Source: an uncultured Lentisphaerota bacterium (GTDB lineage Bacteria; Verrucomicrobiota; Lentisphaeria; Oligosphaerales; CAITYL01). From it: 10,468 bases of DNA. Both the position numbers and the translations under genes were made by a program. How positions within the stretch are numbered: the first letter of the stretch is position 1; each line of letters opens with the position of its first letter. The notes under the pieces are model-generated. The model was not told the origin of the DNA and ran no database searches. It was given only the letters and a program-made list of their open reading frames with translations. This document shows, piece by piece, positions 6,241-10,468 of the stretch. The stretch lies in NCBI GenBank assembly GCA_903894975.1, contig CAITSE010000040.1, positions 1 through 10,468 on the forward strand. The letters are read 5' to 3'.

Positions 6241-7773
6241 ATGGCGGATGACGCGACCATTCAATGCGGGAAGTGCGGGCGTCTGGTGCCGGCGGCAATG
6301 TTCTGCGACAACTGCGGGGCGCCGCTGGCTCCGGCTTCCCCGGACACCCCGGCGGCCCGGAGAGAGGCGGCGGCGGAGCGGGACGAGCGGAACGGCTCCG
6401 TTGCGGGAGGGGAAGAACGGGAGACGACGATGGAACCGATCGCGGCGCCCCGGCCGCGGGAGATGCGGATGCCGCCGTCGCCGGTCCGGCCCACGGACAT
6501 GCAATCGGACTGTGACGCCCTGGAGTTTTCGGTGGATGTGAGCCGGGTGTTCGTGGCAGGCGCTACTTTCCCGCTCAAGGTACGCCTGCAGTCCTCCGGG
6601 TTGGAACTGAGACGGGTCAAGGTGGAGGTGGCGACGGATCTGCCGGGCGGCGGCGCGCTACGGTCGGGCCAGACCCTGGACCGGTTACGCGCCGGTGGCG
6701 TCCGGGAACTGTCGCTGGATCTGAGCTTGCCGGAAGGGATGCAGGGGGAAAAGACCTTCCGCTGGAGCGTTTGCCTGGAGCGCGACGGCCAGCCCTGCCG
6801 GTTTGAGGCGGACCCGGTGCGGTACACGATCTATCCCGGCGATGCCAGCGCGCGGAAGGTCGTGGAGCAGGTGGTGTTCAACATCCACACCGGCCACGCC
6901 TCGGACGTGAACATCGGCGGCAAGGGCGCAGCCGAGGACTTTTTCCGCAGCCTGCGGGGCGGCGACGGCTCGGTCCGGGAACTCCTGGACCGGATGCGGA
7001 ACGCCCCGGAAGTCTGGCAGGCACTGCCTTTGCACGAATGCGAGCTTACCCTCCTGGACACGGCCCCGCCTGACGCCGCCGTGACGGGCCGGCTGACGCT
7101 GCGCGCCGGGCAGACACTGTTCCATTTGATCGCCGGGCCCGCGGTGCAGCTCGGTCGGAACCGGCAGTGCGAACTGGTGACGCGGCTGTTCTCGGCCGCG
7201 GGCGCCGCGGAGCCGGATCTGAACGCGCTCCTGAGCCGGGTGCATGCCCGGATCGAATGCGGCACGTCCGGGTGGACCGTCGAGGACGGCGGGATCAACC
7301 CGGAGGATGGCCGCTTCAAGGCGAGTTCCGGCGGGGTGTTCGTCAACGGCCAGCGCGTGGCTCCCGGAGTGAAGAGTCCTCTCCCGTTGAACCGCCCTTT
7401 TGGGCTGACCCTGGGCGCGCCGGCCGTGACGGAACCGCGGGTGATGGGCTTTGATGCGGAACTGCTGACCTGCGAGCGCTGGAACGGGGCGGACTGCCCG
7501 GTGGCGGCCCGGTGCGACCGGAAGCGGCCCGCCTGCCTGCTGCTGCGCCGGCGCGACCGGGTGCCGGAGCGGTTCGCGCTGATCGGCTGCGCTTGCGCCC
7601 CGGGGCTCAGCGTGGGGCTGCCGGAACTGGGTTCGCTGCGGGTCTGGCGGGTGCGGGATGCGTTTGCCTTCAAGTGCGGCGACCAGACCGGCTGGCTGAC
7701 GCCCGGCATCCAACTGCGGCTCTCCGGCGGCACCCAGGTCGCGGTCGAAGGCTTCCAGCAGTGGGGCTTATGA
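6241..7773 (+). CDS. N-terminal zinc ribbon + central region + FHA (forkhead-associated, phosphothreonine-binding) domain + Cys-containing C-terminal region
   Basis: CGKCG...CDNCG zinc ribbon. FHA signature at ~nt 7120-7420: LGRNRQCELV...LSRVHARIEC...WTVEDGG...SSGGVFVNGQRV...LPLNRPFGLTLG. 28-nt gap from the upstream gene. Confidence 0.85.
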   Translation: MADDATIQCGKCGRLVPAAMFCDNCGAPLAPASPDTPAARREAAAERDERNGSVAGGEERETTMEPIAAPRPREMRMPPSPVRPTDMQSDCDALEFSVDVSRVFVAGATFPLKVRLQSSGLELRRVKVEVATDLPGGGALRSGQTLDRLRAGGVRELSLDLSLPEGMQGEKTFRWSVCLERDGQPCRFEADPVRYTIYPGDASARKVVEQVVFNIHTGHASDVNIGGKGAAEDFFRSLRGGDGSVRELLDRMRNAPEVWQALPLHECELTLLDTAPPDAAVTGRLTLRAGQTLFHLIAGPAVQLGRNRQCELVTRLFSAAGAAEPDLNALLSRVHARIECGTSGWTVEDGGINPEDGRFKASSGGVFVNGQRVAPGVKSPLPLNRPFGLTLGAPAVTEPRVMGFDAELLTCERWNGADCPVAARCDRKRPACLLLRRRDRVPERFALIGCACAPGLSVGLPELGSLRVWRVRDAFAFKCGDQTGWLTPGIQLRLSGGTQVAVEGFQQWGL

Positions 7774-7781
7774 AGAGGAGA

Positions 7782-7865
7782 AGGCAGGGGTCGGGGTTCA
7801 GGGTTCAGGAAGCAAAGATGTCAGGACGCAAGGGTTCAGGGGTCGGGGTTCAGGGTTCAGGAAAG
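7782..7865 (+). repeat. Two GGGTTCR heptamer clusters (7782-7808 and 7829-7861), G-rich on + strand, G4-capable
   Basis: ggggtcggggttcagggttcagg ... agggttcaggggtcggggttcagggttcagg. Confidence 0.8.
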
Positions 7866-7870
7866 GCCAG

Positions 7871-7932
7871 GAATTAGGGAAAAATCCGGAATCGGCAATC
7901 CAAAATCCAAAATGAGAATCAGGGTTCAGGGA
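7871..7932 (+). repeat. A-rich block carrying the shared 24-nt motif AATCGGCAATCCAAAATCCAAAAT (7890-7913), followed by AGGGTTCAGGG
   Basis: gaattagggaaaaatccggaatcggcaatccaaaatccaaaatgagaatcagggttcaggg; identical 24-mer to 3196-3219. Confidence 0.6.
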
Positions 7933-7964
7933 AAAAAAACGGGAAAAGTGGGAGAACGATCGAC

Positions 7965-8456
7965 ATGGAAACGTACCGGAGGTTGGAGGACTTGGCGGTT
8001 TACGCGAAGCTTTGTCACTTGCACATTGAGATCAGCGGGATCACGCACCGATGGCCGGCTGAGGAGAAGTACGAGCTGGGATCGCAGGCCCGGCGTTCAT
8101 CGAACAGCGCCCCGGCCCAACTTGCGGAGAAGTATGATGACCGGCATATTCGGAACAAAATCGAAGGAGTCAATCGCAGTCGGGGCGAGGCCGCGGAGAC
8201 GGTACACCATCTTTACATGGCACATTTGCGGGGCTACGAGTCTCAGACGACGTATGAAGAATACCGCGCCCGCTACCAGGAATGCATCCGGATGCTTAAC
8301 GGCATGGAACGAACCCTTGAAAAACAACTGCCCGAATCGGAGCGGCGTTGGCCCCAATTGTCCGTGCGGGAAGAGGAGGGCTCGTATGACGCCTCCCCCC
8401 GCGGTTTCCCCGACCCCCGACCCCTGACCCCCGACCCCCGAACCCCTGAACCCTGA
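7965..8456 (+). CDS. Four-helix-bundle protein of the TIGR02436 family (the family first seen inside 23S rRNA intervening sequences); the last ~20 codons are translated C-rich repeat
   Basis: LGSQARRSSNSAPAQLAEKY...HIRNKIEGVNRSRGEAAETVHHLYMAHLRGY...YQECIRMLNGMERTLEK matches the family signature (L.SQ.RRSS.S...NIAEG...F..A.GS..E..~~...L.yi...eei.kML..Li). RBS GGAGA at 7951-7955. Tail ...PRGFPDPRPLTPDPRTPEP is repeat-derived. Confidence 0.8.
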   Translation: METYRRLEDLAVYAKLCHLHIEISGITHRWPAEEKYELGSQARRSSNSAPAQLAEKYDDRHIRNKIEGVNRSRGEAAETVHHLYMAHLRGYESQTTYEEYRARYQECIRMLNGMERTLEKQLPESERRWPQLSVREEEGSYDASPRGFPDPRPLTPDPRTPEP

Positions 8457-8490
8457 ACCCCGAACCCCGAACCCTGAACCCCGAACCCTA
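8403..8490 (-). repeat. Heptamer cluster in inverted orientation (CCCYGAC/CCCTGAA/CCCCGAA units; G-rich on minus strand)
   Basis: cccgcggtttccccgacccccgacccctgacccccgacccccgaacccctgaaccctgaaccccgaaccccgaaccctgaaccccgaaccctaagcc; reverse complement of the GGGTTCR arrays at 7782-7865. Confidence 0.8.
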
Positions 8491-8511
8491 AGCCGGAAAG
8501 GGAATGAACCG

Positions 8512-9366
8512 ATGAATACGAGGACAACCATGAAAATGACGCGCGGATTGATGACGGCGGCGCTGGCGGCGGGATTGGCCGCGGGCCTGGGCACGGGTTG
8601 TGCAACGCTTTGTCCCGGTAAGACGGCGGCGCCGCCGCCGGTGGTGTCTCCGCCGCCGGTGCCGACGCCAACTCCGCCGGCCCCGATGCCAGTGTTGGCT
8701 CCGCCCCCGGCCCCGGCGATGGCCGTGGGGAAAGAGACCATGCTGAAGGTTCAGGTGCAGGCGACCGGGAGCGGCGCGGATGCCGCAGCGGTGGCGGACG
8801 CATTGAAGATCCACGCGGAAGGCAAGCTCGCCGCCGGCGGGTTTGCCGTCACTCCCAACCAGCCGGAGGTCGCGGTGACCATGGCGGTGACGACGGAGTT
8901 GTTCGACCAGTCCGGGAATTACTTTGTCTTTGACGGCCGGACAGTGGTGTCGGCCGTGCGCATCTTTGACGGCAAGCTTTTGGGCAAGATCGAATTGAAC
9001 GCCCGCAATGAACGCAAACTCGGCCGGGCCGCGGCGCTGGCGGCCCTCACCGCGAAGATGAAGGACGAGGCGGCGTCCTGGCTGGCGGCCACGATCACGC
9101 CGGATAAGATGGGAATCGCCGCCAGCACGCTGCGAGTGCGGCTGGCTTGGGACGACGTGAACAAGGACGGGGAGTTTGCCACGAAATTCACCGGCAAAGT
9201 CACTCAGATTCCCGGCATTGCGCGTTGCACCATGGAGCGCGAGGATTATACGGAACGGATGCTGAATTTTCGCATCCTCCATATGAAAGACCAATTCCCG
9301 GAGGGCATGGTCACGCGGCTTTTCGCGACGCCGGGCCTTGGGATTGTGCCGGATGTGAAGAAGTGA
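8512..9366 (+). CDS. Secreted or lipoprotein-like hypothetical protein: signal peptide, Cys after the h-region, Pro-rich linker, then a ~210-aa domain of unknown function
   Basis: MNTRTTMKMTRGLMTAALAAGLAAGLGTGCATLC then PPPVVSPPPVPTPTPPAPMPVLAPPPAPA. An alternative start ATG at 8530 (MKMTRG...) has a better SD (GAGGA, 7-nt spacer). Lipobox fit (LGTGC) is only approximate. Confidence 0.7.
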   Translation: MNTRTTMKMTRGLMTAALAAGLAAGLGTGCATLCPGKTAAPPPVVSPPPVPTPTPPAPMPVLAPPPAPAMAVGKETMLKVQVQATGSGADAAAVADALKIHAEGKLAAGGFAVTPNQPEVAVTMAVTTELFDQSGNYFVFDGRTVVSAVRIFDGKLLGKIELNARNERKLGRAAALAALTAKMKDEAASWLAATITPDKMGIAASTLRVRLAWDDVNKDGEFATKFTGKVTQIPGIARCTMEREDYTERMLNFRILHMKDQFPEGMVTRLFATPGLGIVPDVKK

Positions 9367-9403
9367 AAAGGACGTGGGACTTGTGACCTGAGAGGTGAAT
9401 GCA

Positions 9404-9853
9404 AAACGCCAAAGGGTTCAGGGTTCGGGGTTCAGGACGGATGGATGCGAAACACACTCAAGCTCCAATGTCCCCCGTCCCCTGCCACCCTAAACGCCAA
9501 AGGGTTCGGGGTTCAGGGTTCAGGACGGATGGATGCGAAACACACTCAAGCTCCAATGTCCTCCGTCCCCCTGCCACCCTAAACGCCAAAGGGTTCGGGG
9601 TTCGGGGTTCAGGACGGATGGATGCGAAACACATTCAAGCTCCAAGGTCCCCTGTCCCCTGCCACCGAGAGGTGAATGCAAAACGCCAAAGGGTTCGGGG
9701 TTCGGGGTTCAGGACGAATGGATGCGAAACACACTCAAGCTCCAATGTCCCCTGTCCCCTGCCACCCCAAACGCCAAAGGGTTCAGGGTTCGGGGTTCAG
9801 GACGAATGGATGCGAAACACACTCAAGCTCCAATGTCCCCGTCCCCCCACCCC
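9404..9853 (+). repeat. Five tandem copies of an ~88-bp unit (88, 89, 100 with a 13-nt insert, 88, ~85 bp), each containing AAACGCCAAAGGGTTCRGGGTTCRGGGTTCAGGACGRATGGATGCGAAACACACTCAAGCTCCAATGTCCCCYGTCCCCTGCCACCC
   Basis: Unit boundaries at aaacgcc: 9404, 9492, 9581, 9681, 9769. The third unit carries the gagaggtgaatgc insert that also precedes the first unit (9391-9403). Not CRISPR: there are no unique spacers; the whole unit is repeated. Confidence 0.85.
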
Positions 9854-9890
9854 CTGAACCCTGAACCCTGAACCCTGAACCCTGAACCCT
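9854..9890 (-). repeat. (CCCTGAA)5 perfect heptamer run, the reverse complement of TTCAGGG, capping the 88-bp tandem array
   Basis: ccctgaaccctgaaccctgaaccctgaaccctgaaccct. Confidence 0.85.
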
Positions 9891-9988
9891 ACCCTCGCAC
9901 CCCTTCTGCACCCGCCTCTTGAAACTGGAACTGGAACTCAGAGATTGGCAACGGAACTGTCGGAAACATCAGGCAAGGAGATCATGGC

Positions 9989-10468
9989 ATGAAAACGATT
10001 CATTGGATGAGGACGTTGGCGGCGGCAATGCTGTTGCCGTGGGCATGGGCCGGGATGCCGGCGCGGGCACAGTCGCTGCCGGACGAGACCCGGCAGGCCA
10101 TCGGCAAGGTGGGGATGGACGTCCAGGCGGCATTGCAGAAATCCGGGATTCCTAAGAACCAGCCCATCGCGATTCTACCTCTCGCCAACGATCCGGAACA
10201 GTATGTGGCCGGGATGCTGAAGAACGCGGTCACGGCGGCGGGACTGCCCTGCGTCGAAGGCCGGGACGATCCGTTCTGGAACCAGGTGCTGGCCGAGGTG
10301 GAATGGAGTGAGCGCAAGGCGGACATGCTGGATCCGGCAACGCTGACCAAGTTCGGCAAGCTCAAGGCCGCCAAGCTGCTGCTGTACGGCGTGGTACGGG
10401 ACATGTCTTTCTCCGGGGCGAAAGGGTTTGTGGAGATTGAGCTGCACATCAGCGCCATCGAGACCAAG
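9989..10468 (+). CDS. Partial (3'-truncated by the window end) secreted protein with a CsgG/LpoB/FlgO-like periplasmic domain pattern; not in the supplied ORF track because no stop lies within the window
   Basis: RBS AAGGAG (9975-9980), 8 nt before ATG 9989. Signal peptide MKTIHWMRTLAAAMLLPWAWAGMPARA/QS. QPIAILPLANDPEQYVAGMLKNAVTAAGLPCVEGRDDPFWNQVLAEVEW...KLKAAKLLLYGVV resembles the iAVlpf.n.......g..l.d.L...L...g..vvER..l..vl.E pattern of the CsgG/LpoB-type fold. Open frame to the end of the window (160 codons). Confidence 0.6.
   Translation, partial: MKTIHWMRTLAAAMLLPWAWAGMPARAQSLPDETRQAIGKVGMDVQAALQKSGIPKNQPIAILPLANDPEQYVAGMLKNAVTAAGLPCVEGRDDPFWNQVLAEVEWSERKADMLDPATLTKFGKLKAAKLLLYGVVRDMSFSGAKGFVEIELHISAIETK

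Noticed and set aside
6685-7713. 342-aa and 300-aa minus-strand ORFs
   Set aside because: Overlap the FHA-domain gene, whose FHA signature is clear on the + strand. Arg/Ser-rich low-complexity translation.
7912-8427. 171-aa + strand ORF overlapping the four-helix-bundle gene in another frame
   Set aside because: The alternative frame 7965-8456 has a clear family signature and RBS; this one starts inside the repeat and is Arg/Thr-rich.
8488-9294. 268-aa minus-strand ORF
   Set aside because: Antisense to the signal-peptide/Pro-linker protein. The product is an Arg-rich low-complexity artefact.
9404-9853. Possible CRISPR array
   Set aside because: The whole ~88-bp units are repeated with no unique spacers between them. 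The repeat length is far above the CRISPR range and no cas genes are in the window.
9399-9871. Three overlapping ORFs (152, 112, 62 aa) across the 88-bp tandem array
   Set aside because: Unit lengths (88/89/100) are not multiples of 3, so the 'protein' changes frame in every unit. The peptides are repeat translations (KGFRVRGSGRMDAKH...).
10000-10467. 155-aa and 90-aa minus-strand ORFs at the window end
   Set aside because: The + strand frame from ATG 9989 has AAGGAG RBS, a textbook signal peptide and a recognisable periplasmic-domain pattern; the minus-strand frames have none.
1-10468. Search for tRNA, rRNA, transposase/integrase or IS elements
   Set aside because: No cloverleaf-compatible segments, rRNA-like conservation or transposase/recombinase catalytic motifs were recognised in any frame. 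The only mobility-related signal is the excisionase-type HTH, which by itself is a DNA-binding regulator.

Overview
GC-rich, densely coding window that looks bacterial; the codon usage, strong Shine-Dalgarno sites and Pro-rich linkers are reminiscent of Verrucomicrobia or Planctomycetes, but that is only an impression. All credible genes are on the + strand. In order they are: (1) a Hanks-type Ser/Thr protein kinase at 97-1185, whose 3' end runs into a heptamer-repeat tract. (2) An ORF at 1194-2579, in a different frame, that opens with a transmembrane helix, a Pro-rich linker and a beta-rich extracytoplasmic domain; it could be the detached C-terminal half of the kinase. (3) A tightly spaced four-gene cluster at 2782-7773 in which every product carries a double CxxC zinc ribbon: an excisionase-family HTH with a zinc ribbon; a zinc ribbon with a Band_7_1/SPFH-like domain and a long charged coiled coil; a zinc ribbon with an unknown domain; and a zinc ribbon with an FHA domain. 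(4) A four-helix-bundle protein of the TIGR02436 '23S rRNA IVS protein' family. (5) A Pro-rich secreted/lipoprotein. (6) A partial secreted protein with a CsgG/LpoB-like periplasmic pattern. Nearly every intergenic region holds clusters of a GGGTTCR heptamer (CCCYGAA on the other strand). These can form G-quadruplexes, are often arranged as inverted arrays, are in two places followed by a shared A-rich 24-nt motif, and in one place expand into five tandem copies of an ~88-bp unit capped by (CCCTGAA)5. Most other ORFs in the track, including all the long minus-strand ones, are repeat-derived or antisense artefacts of a high-GC genome. The best candidate for an undescribed system is the kinase plus the four zinc-ribbon genes, the last of which is FHA-containing, read as a phospho-signalling / membrane-stress or defence-like module embedded in a repeat-rich accessory region.
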